Shown here in pieces: positions 34,201 through 47,407 of a stretch of 64,000 nucleotides of DNA (within the stretch, counting starts at the first letter, position 1; each line of letters starts with the position of its first letter). The translations under genes and the position numbers were made by a program. Origin of the DNA: Alloascoidea hylecoeti (lineage: Eukaryota); the NCBI GenBank assembly GCA_001600815.1, contig BCKZ01000001.1, positions 1,645,389-1,709,388 of the forward strand. The letters are read 5' to 3'. Below the pieces are notes generated by a model that saw only the letters and a list, made by a program, of their open reading frames with translations, ran no database searches and was not told where the DNA came from.

Positions 34201-37200
34201 CATCAAGAAAAACAACCCATTTCTTATCCCAGAAATGTGTTGCGACTTGAAAATAACGGAATGTTAACAAATCAACATCTACCGTGTTATCAGCAGGAAT
34301 TAAACTCAAGTTGAGAACAAGGAATGGAACCCCATCCTTTGTAACGGCTTCTCGAACCATTTGATGCTCACTTATGGAACCAAAATCTTTTGCCGCGTTC
34401 TTTGCCATAAATTCATACAGTCGCATACCAGCTTCTGAAGTGTCCTTCGTAACATTTTCTGGTAATTCGTATGAAGAGTTACCTTTCGGCTGTCCTAAAG
34501 ATTCCAACAAATCATCAAGTTTATTATAAATCGCCGAGTCTGCAATGTAGGTGTCTGATCCCGTTGAATCTGAATTAGAGCTTAAAAGAGAATCGGCTGA
34601 GGTTTTAGTTGAACGTGATTTCCTATAAAGCTCACCTTTACTCTCCAATGTTTTTAATCTTGAGTGAATATCATCCCAATGATTATACAAATACTCATGA
34701 ATAAACATCAAATCAACCTTACTAATCGCAATGTTTTCAGCTGTGGAATCAGCTTCAACAACAGGTGAGGTATCAAAAAGTTTTGATTTATCTTTCAGAA
34801 ATGGAAGTTCAGCAGAATCTTGCATGAATTGAACAATATCATCATTTATCCTATTCAAATCACTCATTCTATCATATAATAAGGGCAGTTTTAATGAATA
34901 TAAACTACCATTGGCCATATTCTGTATTACCTTTGCAAGGAGAAGTAATGAGCGGCGAATGTCACGTCTTGGGTGCCTTCTTAAAAGATTATCGTTTTCA
35001 GGAGCCACAATCGCCGGACAGAAGAAACGTAAAAAAAGAAATGACCCAACAGATGTAGCAGATGCTTCGGGAAATTTGGGTACAGCCGCCTTTTGAATCG
35101 TGTAGCAGATTTCCCTAAAAGCTAGAGGCATGTTTGTAACTGATCTTAGAAAAGCGTTCGATAAAGCTGAAAGTGATCTCATAAATTTTTCAATATTTTC
35201 ACTTGCTCTATTATCTTGAGAACCTAGTTTGTCAGCGCTAATTTCAAAAACATGATCCTCTGGAGAATCAACAAACTCCTGTAGCACTGGTGCCAATGTA
35301 GAAGATAGATATTCTGAGCCATATTTACGGGCGTAGAGAGCAAGCATTCTAGTAGCAACACTATTTCTCCTTAAAAGATCAACAACTCTCACTGTATTTT
35401 CAATTTCTCTTGTTACAGCAGCCTTCAACAATTGAAGCCCATTTCCTTGAGTTTCATACAAATCCATAAGAGCAGAAGCCAAACCATCAACTTCACTGGC
35501 TGGACAGTTATCACATAAATCAATACATAGATATAAATTGTCTGCAAGAAAACGCATTAAGGAATTATATTTATCTTCTTCTGATGCATCTAGAATATTG
35601 GTTTTTCCTTGTAGAACAAGATCCTTAAAGATACCTAAAAATGCAGTTCTGATTTTAGGGTTCTTATGGTAGCCCATTGGAATTGCAAACTTCATAGCAA
35701 CATCCATATTTAATCTAGTAGAATTGGCTAAGGCTTTAATACAGCACTCAACGATTGCAAGTGATCTTTGGTTTTGCTGTTTACCAGAATATGAGGATGA
35801 AGGAACCGATGCTGACGATGTTAATGTCTTAGCAATCGTACTACTTCTACTTGAACCATTTATGTCAGACATTTCAGAATTGCCTTCGTGCTTTTCTAAC
35901 AATCTCATTGCCAGAGAGAAAAATTGAGCACATTGAGTGGATTTTGCTTGCATATAATCTTCTTCGTTTCCTGTGCGAGGAACTTCAATAATACTTTTTT
36001 CGGATAAACTGGCCACAACTTTGGCAGTTCCTAGAGCTAGATCATCATACATGTGCTCTATATCATTAAAACGTCGTTCTGTTGTAGACAATGATGAGGC
36101 AGCATAGGCATCAGATTCATTATAGAACGAAGCTTTTTCAAACCAATCACAAAATAGCAGTACCATAGAATATCTCATTGATCTAGATAGTCTAAATCCA
36201 ATAAGTTCCCGATTACCTTCCGATAAGGCTATTGTGTTACAAACCCTAATTCGTAGTTTCAAATTAGACAAGTTGTTAAAGTCCTGTTCAGATAGATAGG
36301 TAGCAATAAGCATCAGTGTTTCAACAGCCCCTGGAAACACTTCCATTTTTTCCTCGACACATCTCGTTACATTTATCTTAATGGTAGAAATTACTTGCTC
36401 CAAAATTTTAAAAACTTGTTCCTTGTTTTGGAGCTTCAGGAAACCAGCAGTTGCTATAGTCAGATATTTGTAACCAAATGGTATAGCTTCTTTGGCCAGA
36501 TCTCGGGCTAAAATTTCTTTGCAAGCATCACCAACTATCATATTAGGGCTGTCAATAAAGTCCACCACATTTCGAATATACTGATGAGTTACTGGTAAAA
36601 TGTTTGCAATTTTATCATTGGTTTCAGGATCTGTCGCAACAATACAGCCACATAGAGCTGCCAACAATCCAGCATAGTTTCTCATTTCAGATATAAATGT
36701 ATTTCTGTAATAATCCTGTGAAGAACGACCAGACCATAAAACATTCAATGTCTCCCAGGCTTGTATCACACCATCTGTAGCCACTGTAAACCCAGAAACA
36801 ATTTTCCTTATTCTTTTGTGTAAGGCCACCTGCCCTGTAATTATAAAATTGCCTTCATTAAACTCTCGGTAACTATCGTAGTTATATAAGAATGGGCATG
36901 AATAAATGTGGTTGGCTCTATTTTCAGTTGCGTGGCCATCTTTCAAAGCATTTTCTATTATTTGAATTATATTCTTGTATACCTCAATATCAGTTGAGCA
37001 AAGGCAATAGATAATGACAGTCTCCAAAGATGTATAGAGTCGTTGTCTTGTCTCAAACCCTTCAATAAGATCAAAGTTATTGTTTGATTTCTTTAACAAT
37101 TGAAATCTGTCGCCAATAAAAGCTCTTGATATAAGCAGTTCTTTTATTAGATCCAGGTAATCCATAAGTCGCGCATCATTAAGATTGGTATCAATAATCT

Positions 37201-39204
37201 TATCAGAAATGGCTTTTATTAAATAACCAGCGCAGCTGTAAATCTCTGTAACTATATGGCTATTTGTAACTGTTACTTTATCTGGATTAATTTTCGACAA
37301 TCTAGAGGTTGAAATCAGAGCTAAAACAAATTCAGTTGAAGCTTTAACTAAATCGTTATCATTGTCTATCAATGAAGTTACAATAGGATCCATATGCTTA
37401 ACTGGTAATATTGCTTGCTTGAGATCAAAGTCCTCAAAATAAGCATGCGGATGGGGAATAAATGCAAAGAAAACATTAACAAGAATCGGGAGACTAACTG
37501 ATTCAGAATTGCTTGTGGATAATGACTTTTTAGAAGAAGTACCAGATGCTCTTGTCTTTAAAAGCAATCTTGATTGCTTCCAAATCATATTTCTTAAAAC
37601 ACGACCATTCCTCTCCATATAGCTGAGATATGTTTTTTTATATTGGGCACTTGCTCCAAAAGCTCTCAATGCTGTTGCAATACAGCACACAATTGATGGT
37701 TCAGCATCTTTTTTCTCTAAAAGGTTATGAAAATCTTCAAACAAGAACTCTGGTCTCATAACAGAATAAGCGATAAAAAATTCTGTATATAGGTGAATAA
37801 TAGATGGAGACATATCATTAGCATAGCTATAAAACGCTGTTTGTGCGTCTTCTCTAACGGACATCGCAAATGTAACTATTGGATTTTTCTCATCAAACAA
37901 GAAAATATTTGACGCTGCAGTGCAAATATTAGCCATACACAATAATTGTAAATCACCAACCCTCTTTGAATTTACTTGAGATTTAATAAAGTTGAGGAGT
38001 TTTAGCTTCTTTGAATTGGCTGAAAAGCGTTTGATTCCGGAACTCAAATAAGTAGCAAAAACATTAGGCATAAGACAAAGCAGCATAGAAAGAAATCGTG
38101 TCGTTATCGCCGAGTACTTTGAGTTTTCAGTAGCCGTATACATGTAGTCAAAGAATCCACTGGCTTCAACAGCCAGTGGCGAGGCCTCATTTGAAACCGC
38201 ATTGTACAGTTCTTCGGGTCTTGCTTGACCCCAATACTCCAAACTAGAAGATAAAAAATAGAAGACTAATGACTGATGCAAGGTGCTTCTAATGGTACTT
38301 ATGAAATGCCACATCTCTTTAAACAATAGAATCATGGCTTTATCATCAAGATACACCATGGAAAGTAAATCAATATTAGGAACAACATCATTCTCTCCAC
38401 CAGTAAAATTTTTGTACATTGTGATCTGAGAACTTATCATTGAATATGATACGGACCAATTGGAAGCGGTTAAAAATCTGATAACTATAGAACAGTATTC
38501 ATCAATTTCGTCGATTAAAGGTCGGAATGGGTGGCCATCTAAGCCAGTAGGTGGTTGTATTTCACCATTTGATATAAGTGTCATTGTATCAGCAATGGTT
38601 GCTTCAGACCTCAAGGTCAACATTTGTTCCATTAATTTCAATACTACATTATCGTCAATGGCAGGTGGAAGTGCAGTGTGATATTTTATAAAGGGTTTGA
38701 CGTAACCCGTTTGACCATATGTAATTGGAACTCTTCCCTTTTTTAAGGGGCCTGGTTCACTGGAATCCCAATTCACTTCAGTGCATTCGGTTATGAGTTT
38801 AAGTACTACCAGTACAGATCGAAGTGAGTAGACGTTTCGGTTTTTTGTTGGTTCAAAACGATCCCGCTATATACTGTTAGATTATTGGTGTTCCGGTGGA
38901 TGGATTATATAAGTCAATGCTTACCTTTGATATTGTGTCTAAAAGAGACGTAAATCCAAAAAGAACTTGGGAAATACGTTGCGATGTCGAAAGTTCTAAA
39001 AGTGTCCTTTTTGATGAAATGAATAGTTTATCTGCTTCTGTGTCTGAGATACTATTGCCGGTCTCAAATGGTAACTAGAGCACATTATTAGTATTTACGG
39101 ATTTTAGTGGAGAGAACTTTAAAATTATAAATACTTACAACTTTCACCAATCTATTGATTATAGTAGGAACAATAGCCCCCAGTTTCTGACCACCAGAAA
39201 TCAT
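31241..39204 (-). CDS. IRA2: Neurofibromin-like Ras GAP Ira1/Ira2; exons 39204-39139, 39074-38925, 38866-31241
   Basis: RasGAP motifs LLRRNSVATRML, FLFLRFFCPAIVAPE and LLAKVIQNMAN. Two introns add the N-terminal LPFETG block. Confidence 0.9.
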
Positions 39205-42200
39205 AGTGAGATTTTAGGATGGATTGAATTCAGAATAAAAAATGACTGAAATCGGTACGGAAAGCATTTTGCTTTTATAAATAGTATTCTAAATCCCTAG
39301 CTGGAGAATCAATGCATTTTGATTTAATAAAATTAATACCAAATGCATTAGATGTGGTGGTACATGTATGTTTCCCTTTCGCTTGGAAAGCAGATTAAGG
39401 CGGACCTTAAAAGTAGTGTTATAAATTTATAATATAGAGATGTGGAAGAGCTCCGCTTAATGGAATACCAGGATCTTGGTAGTAGATGAGACAACCCTGG
39501 TCAGAAATTCTTCAAGAACAAGTCTAAGTAAAATAGTGCCTATGTTAACAAGGTTAATTAACTACTTCTCTAGATCTACCCTCTACTGAAAAGGTATTTT
39601 GGAACTGTAAATCTAGATGGAATCTTAAGATCTAATAGTTGCATGTTTTTTACTAAGGGAAACTCCGAATATTTTGGTATATTTTTTAGAAGTATGTTTC
39701 GGCATTGGCTGCATTTTTGAAAATAAAATTATTAACTGCATTCACTCCAGAAATATTAAAACTCCTATGGGCACTGTGATTTAAATTTGACCGGTCTTTC
39801 ATAGTTGCTATTACCTGTTAAGCTTGCATTTTTTTTTTTTCGTCAATAATTTATTCCATGTAATTATATAAGTAATTACAATTGCAGACATTTGCAGTGC
39901 TCTTCCTGCAGTTTTAACTCAAATTCAACGTCAAAAAAGGTTATGAGAGATTTATTACATATGTATGATTTTTCACTTCTGCGAATTACACCCTCGGCGG
40001 GTTACAAAAGTCGTGATATATACTTTTAAACAATAAATTAGCTAAAGAATTGAAAGTTGCAAGTTTTCAACATGGTTAAGTTCATAATAAATACCAGGGG
40101 TTTTAGGAATAACTTATTAACAACAATATGATCAAGTATATGTCAATCTAATTGTACAGGACATTAGCAGGTAAAAAGGCTGAAGATTAGCGCTGGTACG
40201 ACACGTCAAGTTAGCATTGATATCGATAAGCTTTAATTATAGTTTCTTCAACTTTCTTATATATTATGATCCGCCTGCATGTCTGATTACTATAATAATA
40301 TTGAACACATTTATTCATATAATTATATAATTATAAGACCCTAAGATATATAACTATGCGATATATGTCAGTGACATCAATACATGGACCGATTGTGAGT
40401 GCCAGGTTCCCAACTTCCCATGTAGCTATGGCTATAGCCCTAGCGGTTTTAAGACAATGAGACTAATATTTCATATATACATACTATTGTTATGGTTAAT
40501 ATTATTGCTAACTTGGTATAATTCATTGATTACAAACCGATTGAAAATTTGAAATGTCGTTTTAAATTCATATAATATAGTTATCTAGGTATATTTTGGA
40601 GTTGAATTATGAACATGATGTAATTACTAGTTCCTTACCGCCCCATAGTTATGAAAAATTGCAATAGATGTATTCGATCATACATTTATAATTAAACCAT
40701 TCGGCTCAGGCACAAAGACATTCTGATAGACTGTTACGGTGGTTTAAGTTCCAAAGGTAACATGTATCTCATTCTATTTATGGTTATGTTAAGTTAATGA
40801 CATATATACACTCCGATAAATAGCCAAAATAGTTGTATGAATATAAAATAGCAAATGCAAAATTATAATAATAATAAAATTGAATCTTAAAACTTAATAC
40901 ACCGGTATAGATAGATATAGGTAAAGCTTAAGGGCTACAATGTTAAGCATGTAACATATAACTTATATATATATATATATATAAATTATGATCTTGCAAC
41001 AAATTATGCATAGTACGTTTATATAACATACAATAGAAGTACATAATATTAACTTTCTCATGCTTTCGGATTAATATAATTATAAATATAATTCTTAAAA
41101 TGACGTTACAAGTTAAAACGTACTGTGAAAGTTTAATGTAAAAAAGTTTCAATAAAGTTTAAACTGAAAGAGGATATAAATAGAATAGAGTTATATACCA
41201 GTATAATCATAAATATTAGAGTTTACACCAAGGAAAGAAGATAACTAGAATTCAACAATCATATAATATACAGTATATGCCTATATATATGCGCTAATAA
41301 TATTGCCTATACATATATTGATTATTTATTCTAATTTAATATTAATCGATCATTCAATTTGAAACGGATATTTATATACATGTATAATATATATATTCTG
41401 AGCTTGTATACAGTCCCGTTTTTGAAAATATTAATATATATATAATTATAAACAATTTATAGACAGTTATTTGGTTCATACTTATACTAAATATGCAGCT
41501 AGAATAACATATTATAAGTTATAATAGTAACTTTTAGTAAGAATATATATAGTTTGACGAGATATATACAGTGCTAATAGTCAATCGTGAATCGAGATGC
41601 TGACCAAAAAGATGTAACTCGTTCTAAACACTGCGGCTGCAATTGAAAACCTATAAAGTTTATAATGGTATATATCAATGCCCAATTGCAATGTGATATT
41701 GAACGATTAGATATACTGTATACCGTTATAATCATACGTATAATGGCTTCATATAAACTTTATAGATAATCCTAGAATGTTAGAAACTAACGGTGAGATT
41801 AATGATTATAATTAATTTATAATTATAATGAAACTACTACATATATCAAATTATTATCAATGTGGTATTGCGATCGATTATAATTATTATATAATCGTTA
41901 TATGTAGGTATAGATCTATAATCCATGATGAGTTTAATACTGGTAACAACTATAATTGGCTATTTATAACCACATACTTCATTGGATCGGAACTAATTCT
42001 AGAACTATTTTATATTGCCGTATACCAGTTTCGCTTCTGAGCTTCATCTATTATATATATTTAGTCTAAAGCTAAAGCTTATATAAGTGCTTTTTATATG
42101 TGATTTATATGTCATGAAACTATACTTATAATTGCAATGAATAGTAAGTACGGATACGCCTACATAATTATCTAGTACATTTGAATTTTCAACCTCCACC

Positions 42201-44659
42201 GGACACAAGCAATTACAAAATAATAACATATTCGCGTGTATTATTATTTATGATCAAAGAAAGCTACAGTTCTAGCTATAGCTATCTTATACTTATCATT
42301 ATAATTTAAAACTATCCTATCAAAAACTATTTGTAATAGGCATAAGAGCTCGAGTCGAGTAAGGATTTAATCATAATAATAGGATACGGAAGCTTATACC
42401 TTTTATATATCGGCTTGAGATGTTAAATTTTAATATAGTAAAACCGTTAATTTAAACTGCGTTGTTCTAAATTCAGAACCAAGAATTACAATCTAAATAT
42501 GTTTAAATTTATAATACGTATAACTGTTGTTTTGTATTTTGGGACGGATCGTTCATAACTAAATTAAACTAATATATATTGAATATAATATATTATTATT
42601 GTTATAAAGTTTTATATATTAATAGAGAATAGATAAAAATTTAATGTAACCGGATTTTTAATGTACCCCCACGATGTACACAATTAATTATAAAGCAATA
42701 TGATTATCGAATCTTTCAAATATTATTAATAATGTAAAGGGATATCTTTTTGAATCAATTTAGAGATGCGGCATAATAATAGCATATATATGCCTATGAG
42801 TTTTCTCCTTAAAATTGGCTTCTAGGATCTTTAGAGGTCCGTTAAAGATGAGCGTAAGTGAACTGAGTATGTGAATGAGTCCATATATATACCGGTATAT
42901 AGATATAGATTTGAATCGATTATCATGGCATTGTATCTCCTGTTCTTTGCGTACATATGTTATAATTACAGATAAAACTGAACTTGAGAGGTTGTAATTT
43001 TAAATCTAAATTTTAGGATCAAAGAATCAAGATCAAGATCTAGATCTAGATCCAGATCTGTAACATACCATAGCATATTATAATTGCAGTTGTAGTTACT
43101 CTATATAATACATTATCATTCGGATATTTTGCCATATATCAGGTACATGTAATATCTGATTTCTTCTAAATAATATTAATTCGCCTTCATCGGGATTATG
43201 ATGGCACTAATTAGGGATAGATAACATATTCGATATTTTGGTAGATATGGAAATAAGCATGTAGATAGAATATTCATAATTTCAGATTAAAATATGGAAA
43301 TTATATAATTATGTAAGTCATATAGTTATGGTCAGTTACCAACTAAGTTGCATAATTACGAAATCTGGATTACATACACCCGTATATATTTATGATGGTG
43401 TGATATGATAAGAGATAATCCAAAGCAAAGAATCCCACAGAGAACGGTACATAAATATTAAAGAGTACTCGTGTAACTTCGCGGAGAATATTAGTTACAA
43501 CTTACAACTTATATTACAATAATAATTATATTTAATTTATATTAATGATAAGTACTGGCTATTGCAGGAATACTCTTTTCTCATAATTATTAGTCTATAG
43601 CTAATTAATTCAGTATATCCTATATCCTTAAAATATAAGCGTATTAGAATTTTTTTCTCCATCTCATATTATATATTTAGCTACATAAAGGTGTGATTAA
43701 GATCGCGAGTAATGATAATTACACTAGTAAATCTAACTCCACATCTATCTCAATAACATATTCAACCAATTTTAATAAAACCATTCAAATTCAAATACTT
43801 AAACTTACCACACGGATTGCGATTGTAGGACCTAAAAAATAAGATTCATATCTATATATATATATATATATCTAAATCTTGATATTATAGCTAGGATTTA
43901 ATTTGATGGCGCGGGTACCTAATTATAACTTTATAAGTTATAACATTGGCATTGTGACATGAATAATTTATTTAAACCGTTAATATAAATATTAATGATA
44001 TATCATGCAAAATCGCGGACAATTTATATATAAATCTGATATGTATACCGGTATGTCAATTATTAAATTATCTCCATATTTATTGAGCTTAATATGCACA
44101 TAATGATAATCTAAAAAGTTTAATTAATATAATTGCATGTTGGATATATATTACACTCTTAGAAAAGTTCACTAAAGAGTCGATTGGCTTTTTGGCGCAA
44201 CTGGGAGAACAGGCACTTTGAACTTTAACATTGCATAAACGATATCCATATGCATGGTGCAGGTACCCTATAATATACAAATTACTACAAGATATAAACA
44301 TGTTGCAATATAAGAATATACAGTTGGTAAGCGGTAAATTGTATCCCTATTAAAGTAAATGGACAATAAATGGACAATTAACAATCGTTTCACACCAAAC
44401 GAATTCATTTTATCTTATACCATTACTTAGTGATTTATATAAATACACAACTTGCACCACTCAATTGCAAATCTCATCTTAATATTGTGTTTCTGGCAAC
44501 AACTTGATCAAAATCCTTTGTTGTCAGTGTGGGAAATTTATAGTTTTTTTACTTGCAATAATAGTATTATACAAGTAACGTTAATTAACATTCAAAGAAA
44601 TGGTAAATTAATTACCGCTAGAACTTGAGCTTTCCCCGTGATATCATACATCATTATAA

Positions 44660-45380
44660 GCAGAAAGTATCGATGGATTACACCCCCTTTCTTTGCGACA
44701 AGCAGGATGTGATGAGTCAAACAGAGATGATCTCGCTGATCCCATAACTCTGGTAAAATCTCTGAAATACAATTCTTAGTCTCAATGCCACCACCTTTCA
44801 TTGTAGATTACTCTGGAGTCTGGATGCTAGCCCTTGTTTCTCAGATCAATTCTGAACTTGTACCACGCGTTTTCAATGAGGTTTGGTTTATGTCTGGAGA
44901 GTTTTCTGGCCAACAAAAATATAAAAGATACCACTCCGGATTTTTTTACAGAGAATTCTGATGATAATATCACACATTCTAGTCATCTAATGTCTAGTTA
45001 TTATGATGCTTGGCAAGTTCAAGTCTCCATTTTCTATGGTCTGCGTTCAAGTAGTTTATTTAAAGTTCTCTGAATTGTCTTGGAGGACTTTAAAATCTCT
45101 TCGAAGCGATTTAAGTCTCGTGTAATTCCCTGAAATTTCATGAAGACAACTTTGGCATTCCGCCAGTGTGTGTGGTATACTTTACAGTGGCAGTGATTTT
45201 GTAAAGAAACCATAGATATGACCTGCTTTGATAAAACGAATGAGATGTTACTTTTGCACTGTAATCAGCCGAGTCGAATGATCAAAAAAGATTAAGGTTT
45301 GGATGAGACGTTCTCAAATAAAGTTTATCAAGAACATTTACGCATTTCGTGTGTGTGGGGTGAAACACGTTGCGTACCAT
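44660..45380 (-). mobile_element. Internally deleted, decayed Tc1/mariner transposase
   Basis: Across frameshifts: SKTIQRTL, LNADHRKWRLELAKHHNN*TLDD*NV, WPENSPDIN..LIENAW, and terminal VAKKGGVIHRY. Confidence 0.8.
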
Positions 45381-45820
45381 CTGTAGAAGAAACTAGATTC
45401 TGTACTTGTAACTTGTAAGTTAGAAGTTATAAAGCTTTATGGGTATAAAATATAATTATAAGCATATTAATTGAATCATTAGATAATATAATAGATATAG
45501 ATATTTTATGATTAGAGATATAAAATTAAATTGTTAATTATAATAAATAGAATACATTAAAAAATGCATGAAAATATAGCAAACAATAAACAACAAGCAT
45601 AGGTTGGCCATAGCCATATATGAAATTAAGGCATCATGATTGATATTGATATCATGCTATGAAAAATGAAAGAGAAAATATAAACAGTAGTAGTAGTAGT
45701 AATAATAACAAAAACAATAACAATAACAATAAAAACAAGAGACTTTTGTCAGTTTAATATGTGATTGATGGTAATAAATGAAAAAATATTGCTTTAGCAC
45801 AAGTATCTTTTATGATTGTT

Positions 45821-47071
45821 TTAATCATTATGCAAAATTGAATAATTATCCAAATCAATAATAATAGTTGGTTTTTTTGAAATATCATTTATAAAATAAA
45901 TATAACGATCATTATAATCGTCATAGTTGTTATCACTTCTAAAAGTAAGTTTTCCAGATTCTGATAATGGTATATTATCAACAAGTGTTTTACAAGTATC
46001 AATTATTGATCTTTGATCAGGAGCCCCTTGAATCGTTTTTAATATTTGCTTTTCAATATTAATATTATCATTTAAAGTTGAACTTGAAGATGTTACATCA
46101 TCATCATTCTTTAAATAATAATCAGAATTTAAACCTTTTGCAAATAAATCTAATAAAGATTCACAATATATTGAATTATGAGTTTTGATATTATTATGAA
46201 AGGTAAAAATATGAGTTGAAGAAACTAATGGTAAAATATTTGATTTTATCCATGTACCGCCAATAAACTTGCCATTTTTTTTCAAAAAAATTAATAGAAA
46301 ATAATCATTATTATTCAACTTATTATCAATATTATTACCATCAAGTACAAATAAAAAATTATTATTTGAAAATAATGAACCGTTGAAATTCCAATCATGA
46401 ATTATTTTTGAATTATTTTTTAAATTTTTAGACCATAAAAGTTTACAGTTTGTGGTATCATTATGATTTGAATCTAATTTTTCATAGACTTCAATCATTC
46501 TTCCTGAAGATAATAGCTTTTCTTCATCTTTATAAAACCATGGTGTACCTTTTGAATCTTCATAAATATAAGTAATATATAAAATAGAATTATTTAAAAT
46601 AATTCCTTGTAAGTCGTGCTGTTTTTCTTTACCTTTTGGTAAATTTAGCGGTTTAAAGATCCAATCTATATTATTATCGCCAAAATTAAACAAAGTTGTA
46701 CCATCATCATTATTCTTAACTACTGTTGGTAAAGAATTTGAAAATAAGGTTTCATAAATATAGTTATTACTACTTGACCTAGATATGGTATTATTACAAG
46801 TGTTGTTAAATGTTAATGTATGAGTCGATAAATTTGTAGTGAAACGTTTATACCGAAGAAAGGAGTTCTTAAAGGATAAACAAGTATTATCTAGCGATAT
46901 CAAAGGGTCTTTATTCAAGATAACATGATAATAAAACCATTGTTCATAATCCTGACAGTGTAAACTTAAGAATTTACAAGCACAAGACAAGTTAAAAAAA
47001 GCATGCTCATCATGACAAAGAGCAGTTAAAATCAAATGAAATAACTCGGACGGTAGTGATAACAACGACAT
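45821..47071 (-). CDS. F-box domain protein
   Basis: N-terminal SLLSLPSELFHLIL...LSCACKFL F-box signature; remainder Asn-rich and unassigned. Confidence 0.75.
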   Translation of the reverse strand: MSLLSLPSELFHLILTALCHDEHAFFNLSCACKFLSLHCQDYEQWFYYHVILNKDPLISLDNTCLSFKNSFLRYKRFTTNLSTHTLTFNNTCNNTISRSSSNNYIYETLFSNSLPTVVKNNDDGTTLFNFGDNNIDWIFKPLNLPKGKEKQHDLQGIILNNSILYITYIYEDSKGTPWFYKDEEKLLSSGRMIEVYEKLDSNHNDTTNCKLLWSKNLKNNSKIIHDWNFNGSLFSNNNFLFVLDGNNIDNKLNNNDYFLLIFLKKNGKFIGGTWIKSNILPLVSSTHIFTFHNNIKTHNSIYCESLLDLFAKGLNSDYYLKNDDDVTSSSSTLNDNINIEKQILKTIQGAPDQRSIIDTCKTLVDNIPLSESGKLTFRSDNNYDDYNDRYIYFINDISKKPTIIIDLDNYSILHND

Positions 47072-47281
47072 TCCATAAGTGTAGTAGTATAAAGCATAGA
47101 AACCCTAGAATCTTTAGAATCTTCAGGCCAAAAAGAAGTTTTGAGATGAAGAAAAGGTTTGGGCGGCCCAAACGTTTCTACTTTAGGCATCCGTACCGGA
47201 ACAAATAAATTATTGTATGCGGGGTGCTCCGAGTTGTTCCGACGTACGTCAGGTGATTGGGGCGGCCCGTCACGTGGCGTT

Positions 47282-47291
47282 CTATTTTTAG
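47282..47291. promoter_or_regulatory. Rlm1/MEF2 binding site CTA(W)4TAG upstream of RLM1
   Basis: CTATTTTTAG is an exact consensus match about 120 bp upstream of the RLM1 ATG. Confidence 0.65.
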
Positions 47292-47407
47292 AATTTGGAT
47301 GATTACATAAGCATTACAAACGCAGTTAGTCAGCAGCCGGAGATTTTGTTTTTCGCCCTTTTCGTTTTCAATTCAAACAAAAACATAAAAACAATTTGGC
47401 TGCGAAA

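Noticed and set aside
40943..44301. Several 60-70 aa ORFs in the long intergenic region
   Set aside because: Ile/Tyr-rich translations expected from random AT-rich DNA; no motifs or convincing splice structure.
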